Assembly: GCA_964016885.1 (NCBI GenBank)
Contig: OZ024757.1
Coordinates: 5,394,001-5,458,000, forward strand
DNA from: Eledone cirrhosa
Taxonomy: Eukaryota
DNA: 64,000 bases
Reading direction: 5' to 3'
Positions 45,051 to 58,410 of the stretch are shown piece by piece. The first letter of the stretch is position 1; each line of letters opens with the position of its first letter. Both the position numbers and the translations under genes were made by a program. A model generated the notes under the pieces. The model did not search any database, was not told where the DNA came from, and was given only the letters and a program-made list of their open reading frames with translations.

Positions 45051-48000
45051 TCTCAGTTCATCCATACACATCACATGTCTATACCAACACAGTCTCCTCT
45101 CCGACATCTGATTCCTCTTATACCTAGTTTCTCTCTCAGTTCATCCATACACATCACATGTCTATACCAACACAGTCTCCTCTCCTACATCTGATTCCTC
45201 TTATACCTAGTTTCTCTCTCAGTTCATCCATACACATCACATGTCTTTACCAACACAGTCTCCTCTCCTACATCTGATTCCTCTTATACCTATTTTCTCT
45301 CCCAGTTCATCCATACACATCACATGTCTATACCAACACAGTCTCCTCTCCTACATCTGATTCCTCTTATACCTAGTTTCTCTCTCAGTTCATCCATACA
45401 CATCACATGTCTATACCAACACAGTCTCCTCTCCTACATCTGATTCCTCTTATACCTAGTTTCTCTCTCAGTTCATCCATACACATCACATGTCTATACC
45501 AACACAGTCTCCTCTCCTACATCTGATTCCTCTTATACCTAGTTTCTCTCTCAGTTCATCCATACACATCACATGTCTATACCAACACAGTCTCCTCTCC
45601 TACATCTGATTCCTCTTATACCTAGTTTCTCTCCCAGTTCATCCATACACATCGCATGTCTATACCAACACAGTCTCCTCTCCTACATCTGATTCCTCTT
45701 ATACCTAGTTTCTCTCCCAGTTCATCCATACACATCACATGTCTATACCAACACAGTCTCCTCTCCTACATCTGATTCCTCTTATACCTAGTTTCTCTCC
45801 CAGTTCATCCATACACATCACATGTCTATACCAACACAGTCTCCTCTCCTACACCTGATTCCTCTTATACCTAGTTTCTCTCCCAGTTCATCCATACACA
45901 TCACATGTCTATACCAACACAGTCTCCTCTCCTACACACTACATGTGATTCCTCTTATAACTAGTTTCTCTCCCAGTTCATCCATACACATCCCATGTCT
46001 ATACCAACACAGTCTCCTCTCCTACATCTGATTCCTCTTATACCTAGTTTCTCTCTCAGTTCATCCATACACATCACATGTCTATACCAACACAGTCTCC
46101 TCTCCTACATCTGATTCCTCTTATACCTAGTTTCTCTCCCAGTTCATCCATACACATCACATGTCTATACCAACACAGTCTCCTCTCCTACATCTGATTC
46201 CTCTTATACCTAGTTTCTCTCCCAGTTCATCCATACATATCACATGTCTATACCAACACAGTCTCCTCTCCTACACACTACATCTGATTCCTCTTGTACC
46301 TAGTTTCTCTCTCAGTTCATCCATACACATCACATGTCTATACCAACACAGTCTCCTCTCCTACACACTACATCTGATTCCTGTCATACCTAGTTTCTCT
46401 CCCAGTTCATCCATACACATCACATGTCTATACCAACACAGTCTCCTCTCCTACACACTACATGTGATTCCTCTTATAACTAGTTTCTCTCCCAGTTCAT
46501 CCATACACATCACATGTCTATACCAACACAGTCTCCTCTCCTACATCTGATTCCTCTTATACCTAGTTTCTCTCTCCATCCATACACATCACACGTCTAT
46601 ACCAACACATTCTCCTCTCCTACATCTGATTCCTCTTATACCTAGTTTCTCTCTCAGTTCATCCATACACATCACATGTCTATACCAACACAGTCTCCTC
46701 TCCTACATCTGATTCCTCTTATACCTAGTTTCTCTCTCAGTTTATCCATACACATCACCTGTCTATACCAACACAGTCTCTTCTCCTATACACTACATCT
46801 GATTCCTCTTATACCTAGTTTCTCTCTCAGTTCATCCATACACATCCCATGTCTATACCAACACAGTCTTCTCTCCTACACACTACATCTGATTCCTCAT
46901 ATACCTAGTTTCTCTCTCCATCCATACACATCACATGTCTATACCAACACAGTCTCCTCTCCTACATCTGATTCCTCTTATACCTAGTTTCTCTCTCAGT
47001 TCAGCCATACACATCACATGTCTATACCAACACAGTCTCCTCTCCTACATCTGATTCCTCTTATACCTAGTTTCTCTCCCAGTTCATCCATACACATCAC
47101 ATGTCTATACCAACACAGTCTCCTCTCCTACATCTGATTCCTCTTATACCTAGTTTCTCTCCATCCATACACATCACATGTCTATACCAACACAGTCTCC
47201 TCTCCTACATCTGATTCCTCTTATACCTAGTTTCTCTCTCCATCCATACACATCACATGTCTATACCAACACAGTCTCCTCTCCTACAGCTGATTCCTCT
47301 TATACCTAGTTTCTCTCCCAGTTCATCCATACACATCACATGTCTTTACCAACACAGTCTCCTCTCCTACATCTGATTCCTCTTATACCTAGTTTCTCTC
47401 TCAGTTCATCCATACACATCACATGTCTATACCAACACAGTCTCCTCTCCTACATCTGATTCCTCTTATACCTAGTTTCTCTCCCAGTTCATCCATACAC
47501 ATCACATGTCTATACCAACACAGTCTCCTCTCCTACATCTGATTCCTCTTATACCTAGTTTCTCTCCATCCATACACATCACATGTCTATACCAACACAG
47601 TCTCCTCTCCTACATCTGATTCCTCTTATACCTAGTTTCTCTCTCCATCCATACACATCACATGTCTATACCAACACAGTCTCCTCTCCTACAGCTGATT
47701 CCTCTTATACCTAGTTTCTCTCCCAGTTCATCCATACACATCACATGTCTATACCAACACAGTCTCCTCTCCTACATCTGATTCCTCTTATACCTAGTTT
47801 CTCTCCATCCATACACATCACATGTCTATACCAACACAGTCTCCTCTCCTACATCTGATTCCTCTTATACCTAGTTTCTCTCTCCATCCATACACATCAC
47901 ATGTCTATACCAACACAGTCTCCTCTCCTACAGCTGATTCCTCTTATACCTAGTTTCTCTCCCAGTTCATCCATACACATCACATGTCTTTACCAACACA

Positions 48001-49699
48001 GTCTCCTCTCCTACATCTGATTCCTCTTATACCTAGTTTCTCTCTCAGTTCATCCATACACATCACATGTCTATACCAACACAGTCTCCTCTCCTACATC
48101 TGATTCCTCTTATACCTAGTTTCTCTCCCAGTTCATCCATACACATCACATGTCTATACCAACACAGTCTCCTCTCCTACATCTGATTCCTCTGATACCT
48201 AGTTTCTCTCCCTGTTCATCCATACACATCGCATGTCTATACCAACACAGTCTCCTCTCCTACATCTGATTCCTCTTATACCTAGTTTCTCTCCCAGTTC
48301 ATCCATACACATCACATGTCTATACCAACACAGTCTCCTCTCCTACATCTGATTCCTCTTATACCTAGTTTCTCTCCCAGTTCATCCATACACATCACAT
48401 GTCTATACCAACACAGTCTCCTCTCCTACACCTGATTCCTCTTATACCTAGTTTCTCTCCCAGTTCATCCATACACATCACATGTCTATACCAACACAGT
48501 CTCCTCTCCTACACACTACATGTGATTCCTCTTATAACTAGTTTCTCTCCCAGTTCATCCATACACATCCCATGTCTATACCAACACAGTCTCCTCTCCT
48601 ACATCTGATTCCTCTTATACCTAGTTTCTCTCTCAGTTCATCCATACACATCACATGTCTATACCAACACAGTCTCCTCTCCTACATCCGATTCCTCTTA
48701 TACCTAGTTTCTCTCCCAGTTCATCCATACACATCACATGTCTATACCAACACAGTCTCCTCTCCTACATCTGATTCCTCTTATACCTAGTTTCTCTCTC
48801 CATCCATACACATCACACGTCTATACCAACACAGTCTCCTCTCCTACATCTGATTCCTCTTATACCTAGTTTCCCTCTCAGTTCATCCATACACATCACA
48901 TTTCTATACCAACACAGTCTCCTCTCCTACATCTGATTCCTCTTATACCTAGTTTCTCTCTCAGTTCATCCATACACATCCCATGTCTATACCAACACAG
49001 TCTTCTCTCCTACACACTACATCTGATTCCTCTTATACCTAGTTTCTCTCTCAGTTCATCCATACACATCACATGTCTATACCAACACAGTCTCTTCTCC
49101 TATACACTACATCTGATTCCTCTTATACCTAGTTTCTCTCTCAGTTCATCCATACACATCCCATGTCCATACCAACACAGTCTTCTCTCCTACACACTAC
49201 ATCTGATTCCTCATATACCTAGTTTCTCTCTCCATCCATACACATCACATGTCTATACCAACACAGTCTCCTCTCCTACATCTGATTCCTCTTATACCTA
49301 TTTTCTCTCCCAGTTCATCCATACACATCACATGTCTATACCAACACAGTCTCCTCTCCTACATCTGATTCCTCTTATACCTAGTTTCTCTCTCAGTTCA
49401 TCCATACACATCACATGTCTATACCAACACAGTCTCCTCTCCTACATCTGATTCCTCTTATACCTAGTTTCTCTCTCAGTTCATCCATACACATCACATG
49501 TCTATACCAACACAGTCTCCTCTCCTACATCTGATTCCTCTTATACCTATTTTCTCTCCCAGTTCATCCATACACATCACATGTCTATACCAACACAGTC
49601 TCCTCTCCTACATCTGATTCCTCTTATACCTAGTTTCTCTCTCAGTTCATCCATACACATCACATGTCTATACCAACACAGTCTCCTCTCCTACATCTG

Positions 49700-52600
49700 A
49701 TTCCTCTTATACCTAGTTTCTCTCTCAGTTCATCCATACACATCACATGTCTATACCAACACAGTCTCCTCTCCTACATCTGATTCCTCTTATACCTAGT
49801 TTCTCTCCCAGTTCATCCATACACATCACATGTCTATACCAACACAGTCTCCTCTCCTACATCTGATTCCTCTTATACCTAGTTTCTCTCCATCCATACA
49901 CATCACATGTCTATACCAACACAGTCTCCTCTCCTACATCTGATTCCTCTTATACCTAGTTTCTCTCTCCATCCATACACATCACATGTCTATACCAACA
50001 CAGTCTCCTCTCCTACAGCTGATTCCTCTTATACCTAGTTTCTCTCCCAGTTCATCCATACACATCACATGTCTTTACCAACACAGTCTCCTCTCCTACA
50101 TCTGATTCCTCTTATCCCTAGTTTCTCTCTCAGTTCATCCATACACATCACATGTCTAAACCAACACAGTCTCCTCTCCTACATCTGATTCCTCTTATAC
50201 CTAGTTTCTCTCCCAGTTCATCCATACACATCACATGTCTATACCAACACAGTCTCCTCTCCTACATCTGATTCCTCTTATACCTAGTTTCTCTCCATCC
50301 ATACACATCACATGTCTATACCAACACAGTCTCCTCTCCTACATCTGATTCCTCTTATACCTAGTTTCTCTCTCCATCCATACACATCACATGTCTATAC
50401 CAACACAGTCTCCTCTCCTACAGCTGATTCCTCTTATACCTAGTTTCTCTCCCAGTTCATCCATACACATCACATGTCTTTACCAACACAGTCTCCTCTC
50501 CTACATCTGATTCCTCTTATACCTAGTTTCTCTCTCAGTTCATCCATACACATCACATGTCTATACCAACACAGTCTCCTCTCCTACATCTGATTCCTCT
50601 TATAACTAGTTTCTCTCCCAGTTCATCCATACACATCACATGTCTATACCAACACAGTCTCCTCTCCTACATCTGATTCCTCTTATACCTAGTTTCTCTC
50701 TCCATCCATACACATCACACGTCTATACCAACACAGTCTCCTCTCCTACATCTGATTCCTCTTATACCTAGTTTCTCTCTCAGTTCATCCATACACATCA
50801 CATTTCTATACCAACACAGTCTCCTCTCCTACATCTGATTCCTCTTATACCTAGTTTCTCTCTCAGTTCATCCATACACATCCCATGTCTATACCAACAC
50901 AGTCTTCTCTCCTACACACTACATCTGATTCCTCTTATACCTAGTTTCTCTCTCAGTTCATCCATACACATCACATGTCTATACCAACACAGTCTCTTCT
51001 CCTATACACTACATCTGATTCCTCTTATACCTAGTTTCTCTCTCAGTTCATCCATACACATCCCATGTCCATACCAACACAGTCTTCTCTCCTACACACT
51101 ACATCTGATTCCTCATATACCTAGTTTCTCTCTCCATCCATACACATCACATGTCTATACCAACACAGTCTCCTCTCCTACATCTGATTCCTCTTATACC
51201 TATTTTCTCTCCCAGTTCATCCATACATATCACATGTCTATACCAACACAGTCTCCTCTCCTACATCTGATTCCTCTTATACCTAGTTTCTCTCTCAGTT
51301 CATCCATACACATCACATGTCTATACCAACACAGTCTCCTCTCCTACATCTGATTCCTCTTATACCTAGTTTCTCTCCCAGTTCATCCATACACATCACA
51401 TGTCTATACCAACACAGTCTCCTCTCCTACATCTGATTCCTCTTATACCTAGTTTCTCTCCATCCATACACATCACATGTCTATACCAACACAGTCTCCT
51501 CTCCTACATCTGATTCCTCTTATACCTAGTTTCTCTCTCCATCCATACACATCACATGTCTATACCAACACAGTCTCCTCTCCTACAGCTGATTCCTCTT
51601 ATACCTAGTTTCTCTCCCAGTTCATCCATACACATCACATGTCTTTACCAACACAGTCTCCTCTCCTACATCTGATTCCTCTTATCCCTAGTTTCTCTCT
51701 CAGTTCATCCATACACATCACATGTCTATACCAACACAGTCTCCTCTCCTACATCTGATTCCTCTTATACCTAGTTTCTCTCCCAGTTCATCCATACACA
51801 TCACATGTCTATACCAACACAGTCTCCTCTCCTACATCTGATTCCTCTTATACCTAGTTTCTCTCCATCCATACACATCACATGTCTATACCAACACAGT
51901 CTCCTCTCCTACATCTGATTCCTCTTATACCTAGTTTCTCTCTCCATCCATACACATCACATGTCTATACCAACACAGTCTCCTCTCCTACAGCTGATTC
52001 CTCTTATACCTAGTTTCTCTCCCAGTTCATCCATACACATCACATGTCTTTACCAACACAGTCTCCTCTCCTACATCTGATTCCTCTTATACCTAGTTTC
52101 TCTCTCAGTTCATCCATACACATCACATGTCTATACCAACACAGTCTCCTCTCCTACATCTGATTCCTCTTATAACTAGTTTCTCTCCCAGTTCATCCAT
52201 ACACATCACATGTCTATACCAACACAGTCTCCTCTCCTACATCTGATTCCTCTTATACCTAGTTTCTCTCTCCATCCATACACATCACACGTCTATACCA
52301 ACACAGTCTCCTCTCCTACATCTGATTCCTCTTATACCTAGTTTCTCTCTCAGTTCATCCATACACATCACATTTCTATACCAACACAGTCTCCTCTCCT
52401 ACATCTGATTCCTCTTATACCTAGTTTCTCTGTCAGTTCATCCATACACATCCCATGTCTATACCAACACAGTCTTCTCTCCTACACACTACATCTGATT
52501 CCTCTTATACCTAGTTTCTCTCTCAGTTCATCCATACACATCACATGTCTATACCAACACAGTCTCTTCTCCTATACACTACATCTGATTCCTCTTATAC

Positions 52601-52900
52601 CTAGTTTCTCTCTCAGTTCATCCATACACATCCCATGTCCATACCAACACAGTCTTCTCTCCTACACACTACATCTGATTCCTCATATACCTAGTTTCTC
52701 TCTCCATCCATACACATCACATGTCTATACCAACACAGTCTCCTCTCCTACATCTGATTCCTCTTATACCTATTTTCTCTCCCAGTTCATCCATACATAT
52801 CACATGTCTATACCAACACAGTCTCCTCTCCTACATCTGATTCCTCTTATACCTAGTTTCTCTCTCAGTTCATCCATACACATCACATGTCTATACCAAC
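49700..52900 (+). repeat. Tandem duplication with 1,570-bp offset
   Basis: TATCCCTA ~50113/51683, 83-mer carrying TATAACTAGT 50601/52171, CCATACATAT 51221/52791, CAGCTG 50016/51586 and 50421/51991. Confidence 0.85.
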
Positions 52901-55900
52901 ACAGTCTCCTCTCCTACATCTGATTCCTCTTATACCTAGTTTCTCTCTCAGTTCATCCATACACATCACATGTCTATACCAACACAGTCTCCTCTCCTAC
53001 ATCTGATTCCTCTTATACCTAGTTTCTCTCCATCCATACACATCACATGTCTATACCAACACAGTCTCCTCTCCTACATCTGATTCCTCTTATACCTATT
53101 TTCTCTCCCAGTTCATCCATACACATCACATGTCTATACCAACACAGTCTCCTCTCCTACATCTGATTCCTCTTATACCTAGTTTCTCTCTCAGTTCATC
53201 CATACACATCACATGTCTATACCAACACAGTCTCCTCTCCTACATCTGATTCCTCTTATACCTAGTTTCTCTCTCAGTTCATCCATACACATCACATGTC
53301 TATACCAACACAGTCTCCTCTCCTACATCTGATTCCTCTTATACCTAGTTTCTCTCCCAGTTCATCCATACACATCACATGTCTATACCAACACAGTCTC
53401 CTCTCCTACATCTGATTCCTCTTATACCTAGTTTCTCTCCATCCATACACATCACATGTCTATACCAACACAGTCTCCTCTCCTACATCTGATTCCTCTT
53501 ATACCTAGTTTCTCTCTCCATCCATACACATCACATGTCTATACCAACACAGTCTCCTCTCCTACAGCTGATTCCTCTTATACCTAGTTTCTCTCCCAGT
53601 TCATCCATACACATCACATGTCTTTACCAACACAGTCTCCTCTCCTACATCTGATTCCTCTTATCCCTAGTTTCTCTCTCAGTTCATCCATACACATCAC
53701 ATGTCTATACCAACACAGTCTCCTCTCCTACATCTGATTCCTCTTATACCTAGTTTCTCTCCCAGTTCATCCATACACATCACATGTCTATACCAACACA
53801 GTCTCCTCTCCTACATCTGATTCCTCTGATACCTAGTTTCTCTCCCTGTTCATCCATACACATCGCATGTCTATACCAACACAGTCTCCTCTCCTACATC
53901 TGATTCCTCTTATACCTAGTTTCTCTCTCCATCCATACACATCACATGTCTATACCAACACAGTCTCCTCTCCTACAGCTGATTCCTCTTATACCTAGTT
54001 TCTCTCCCAGTTCATCCATACACATCACATGTCTTTACCAACACAGTCTCCTCTCCTACATCTGATTCCTCTTATACCTAGTTTCTCTCTCAGTTCATCC
54101 ATACACATCACATGTCTATACCAACACAGTCTCCTCTCCTACATCTGATTCCTCTTATACCTAGTTTCTCTCCCAGTTCATCCATACACATCACATGTCT
54201 ATACCAACACAGTCTCCTCTCCTACATCTGATTCCTCTGATACCTAGTTTCTCTCCCTGTTCATCCATACACATCGCATGTCTATACCAACACAGTCTCC
54301 TCTCCTACATCTGATTCCTCTTATACCTAGTTTCTCTCCCAGTTCATCCATACACATCACATGTCTATACCAACACAGTCTCCTCTCCTACATCTGATTC
54401 CTCTTATACCTAGTTTCTCTCCCAGTTCATCCATACACATCACATGTCTATACCAACACAGTCTCCTCTCCTACACCTGATTCCTCTTATACCTAGTTTC
54501 TCTCCCAGTTCATCCATACACATCACATGTCTATACCAACACAGTCTCCTCTCCTACACACTACATGTGATTCCTCTTATAACTAGTTTCTCTCCCAGTT
54601 CATCCATACACATCCCATGTCTATACCAACACAGTCTCCTCTCCTACATCTGATTCCTCTTATACCTAGTTTCTCTCTCAGTTCATCCATACACATCACA
54701 TGTCTATACCAACACAGTCTCCTCTCCTACATCCGATTCCTCTTATACCTAGTTTCTCTCCCAGTTCATCCATACACATCACATGTCTATACCAACACAG
54801 TCTCCTCTCCTACATCTGATTCCTCTTATACCTAGTTTCTCTCTCCATCCATACACATCACACGTCTATACCAACACAGTCTCCTCTCCTACATCTGATT
54901 CCTCTTATACTTAGTTTCTCTCTCAGTTCATCCATACACATCACATTTCTATACCAACACAGTCTCCTCTCCTACATCTGATTCCTCTTATACCTAGTTT
55001 CTCCCTCAGTTCATCCATACACATCCCATGTCTATACCAACACAGTCTTCTCTCCTACGCACTACATCTGATTCCTCTTATACCTAGTTTCTCTCTCAGT
55101 TCATCCATACACATCACATGTCTATACCAACACAGTCTCTGCTCCTATACACTACATCTGATTCCTCTTATACCTAGTTTCTCTCTCAGTTCATCCATAC
55201 ACATCCCATGTCCATACCAACACAGTCTTCTCTCCTACACACTACATCTGATTCCTCATATACCTAGTTTCTCTCTCCATCCATACACATCACATGTCTA
55301 TACCAACACAGTCTCCTCTCCTACATCTGATTCCTCTTATACCTAGTTTCTCTCCCAGTTCATCCATACACATCACATGTCTATACCAACACAGTCTCCT
55401 CTCCTACATCTGATTCCTCTTATACCTAGTTTCTCTCTCAGTTCATGCATACACATCCCATGTCTATACCAACACAGTCTTCTCTCCTACACACTACATC
55501 TGATTCCTCTTATACCTAGTTTCTCTCTCAGTTCATCCATACACATCACATGTCTATACCAACACAGTCTCTTCTCCTATACACTACATCTGATTCCTCT
55601 TATACCTAGTTTCTCTCTCAGTTCATCCATACACATCCCATGTCCATACCAACACAGTCTTCTCTCCTACACACTACATCTGATTCCTCATATACCTAGT
55701 TTCTCTCTCCATCCATACACATCACATGTCTATACCAACACAGTCTCCTCTCCTACATCTGATTCCTCTTATACCTATTTTCTCTCCCAGTTCATCCATA
55801 CATATCACATGTCTATACCAACACAGTCTCCTCTCCTACATCTGATTCCTCTTATACCTAGTTTCTCTCTCAGTTCATCCATACACATCACATGTCTATA

Positions 55901-58410
55901 CCAACACAGTCTCCTCTCCTACATCTGATTCCTCTTATACCTAGTTTCTCTCTCAGTTCATCCATACACATCACATGTCTATACCAACACAGTCTCCTCT
56001 CCTACATCTGATTCCTCTTATACCTAGTTTCTCTCCATCCATACACATCACATGTCTATACCAACACAGTCTCCTCTCCTACATCTGATTCCTCTTATAC
56101 CTATTTTCTCTCCCAGTTCATCCATACACATCACATGTCTATACCAACACAGTCTCCTCTCCTACATCTGATTCCTCTTATACCTAGTTTCTCTCTCAGT
56201 TCATCCATACACATCACATGTCTATACCAACACAGTCTCCTCTCCTACATCTGATTCCTCTTATACCTAGTTTCTCTCTCAGTTCATCCATACACATCAC
56301 ATGTCTATACCAACACAGTCTCCTCTCCTACATCTGATTCCTCTTATACCTAGTTTCTCTCCCAGTTCATCCATACACATCACATGTCTATACCAACACA
56401 GTCTCCTCTCCTACATCTGATTCCTCTTATACCTAGTTTCTCTCCATCCATACACATCACATGTCTATACCAACACAGTCTCCTCTCCTACATCTGATTC
56501 CTCTTATACCTAGTTTCTCTCTCCATCCATACACATCACATGTCTATACCAACACAGTCTCCTCTCCTACAGCTGATTCCTCTTATACCTAGTTTCTCTC
56601 CCAGTTCATCCATACACATCACATGTCTTTACCAACACAGTCTCCTCTCCTACATCTGATTCCTCTTATCCCTAGTTTCTCTCTCAGTTCATCCATACAC
56701 ATCACATGTCTATACCAACACAGTCTCCTCTCCTACATCTGATTCCTCTTATACCTAGTTTCTCTCCCAGTTCATCCATACACATCACATGTCTATACCA
56801 ACACAGTCTCCTCTCCTACATCTGATTCCTCTGATACCTAGTTTCTCTCCCTGTTCATCCATACACATCGCATGTCTATACCAACACAGTCTCCTCTCCT
56901 ACATCTGATTCCTCTTATACCTAGTTTCTCTCTCCATCCATACACATCACATGTCTATACCAACACAGTCTCCTCTCCTACAGCTGATTCCTCTTATACC
57001 TAGTTTCTCTCCCAGTTCATCCATACACATCACATGTCTTTACCAACACAGTCTCCTCTCCTACATCTGATTCCTCTTATACCTAGTTTCTCTCTCAGTT
57101 CATCCATACACATCACATGTCTATACCAACACAGTCTCCTCTCCTACATCTGATTCCTCTTATACCTAGTTTCTCTCCCAGTTCATCCATACACATCACA
57201 TGTCTATACCAACACAGTCTCCTCTCCTACATCTGATTCCTCTGATACCTAGTTTCTCTCCCTGTTCATCCATACACATCGCATGTCTATACCAACACAG
57301 TCTCCTCTCCTACATCTGATTCCTCTTATACCTAGTTTCTCTCCCAGTTCATCCATACACATCACATGTCTATACCAACACAGTCTCCTCTCCTACATCT
57401 GATTCCTCTTATACCTAGTTTCTCTCCCAGTTCATCCATACACATCACATGTCTATACCAACACAGTCTCCTCTCCTACACCTGATTCCTCTTATACCTA
57501 GTTTCTCTCCCAGTTCATCCATACACATCACATGTCTATACCAACACAGTCTCCTCTCCTACACACTACATGTGATTCCTCTTATAACTAGTTTCTCTCC
57601 CAGTTCATCCATACACATCCCATGTCTATACCAACACAGTCTCCTCTCCTACATCTGATTCCTCTTATACCTAGTTTCTCTCTCAGTTCATCCATACACA
57701 TCACATGTCTATACCAACACAGTCTCCTCTCCTACATCCGATTCCTCTTATACCTAGTTTCTCTCCCAGTTCATCCATACACATCACATGTCTATACCAA
57801 CACAGTCTCCTCTCCTACATCTGATTCCTCTTATACCTAGTTTCTCTCTCCATCCATACACATCACACGTCTATACCAACACAGTCTCCTCTCCTACATC
57901 TGATTCCTCTTATACTTAGTTTCTCTCTCAGTTCATCCATACACATCACATTTCTATACCAACACAGTCTCCTCTCCTACATCTGATTCCTCTTATACCT
58001 AGTTTCTCCCTCAGTTCATCCATACACATCCCATGTCTATACCAACACAGTCTTCTCTCCTACGCACTACATCTGATTCCTCTTATACCTAGTTTCTCTC
58101 TCAGTTCATCCATACACATCACATGTCTATACCAACACAGTCTCTTCTCCTATACACTACATCTGATTCCTCTTATACCTAGTTTCTCTCTCAGTTCATC
58201 CATACACATCCCATGTCCATACCAACACAGTCTTCTCTCCTACACACTACATCTGATTCCTCATATACCTAGTTTCTCTCTCCATCCATACACATCACAT
58301 GTCTATACCAACACAGTCTCCTCTCCTACATCTGATTCCTCTTATACCTAGTTTCTCTCCCAGTTCATCCATACACATCACATGTCTATACCAACACAGT
58401 CTCCTCTCCT
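52450..58410 (+). repeat. Tandem duplication with 3,005-bp offset
   Basis: ORF starts 54444/57449 and 54617/57622; private SNVs TACTTAGT ~54908/57913 and TACGCACTAC ~55056/58061; CAGCTG 53565/56570 and 53976/56981. Confidence 0.88.
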
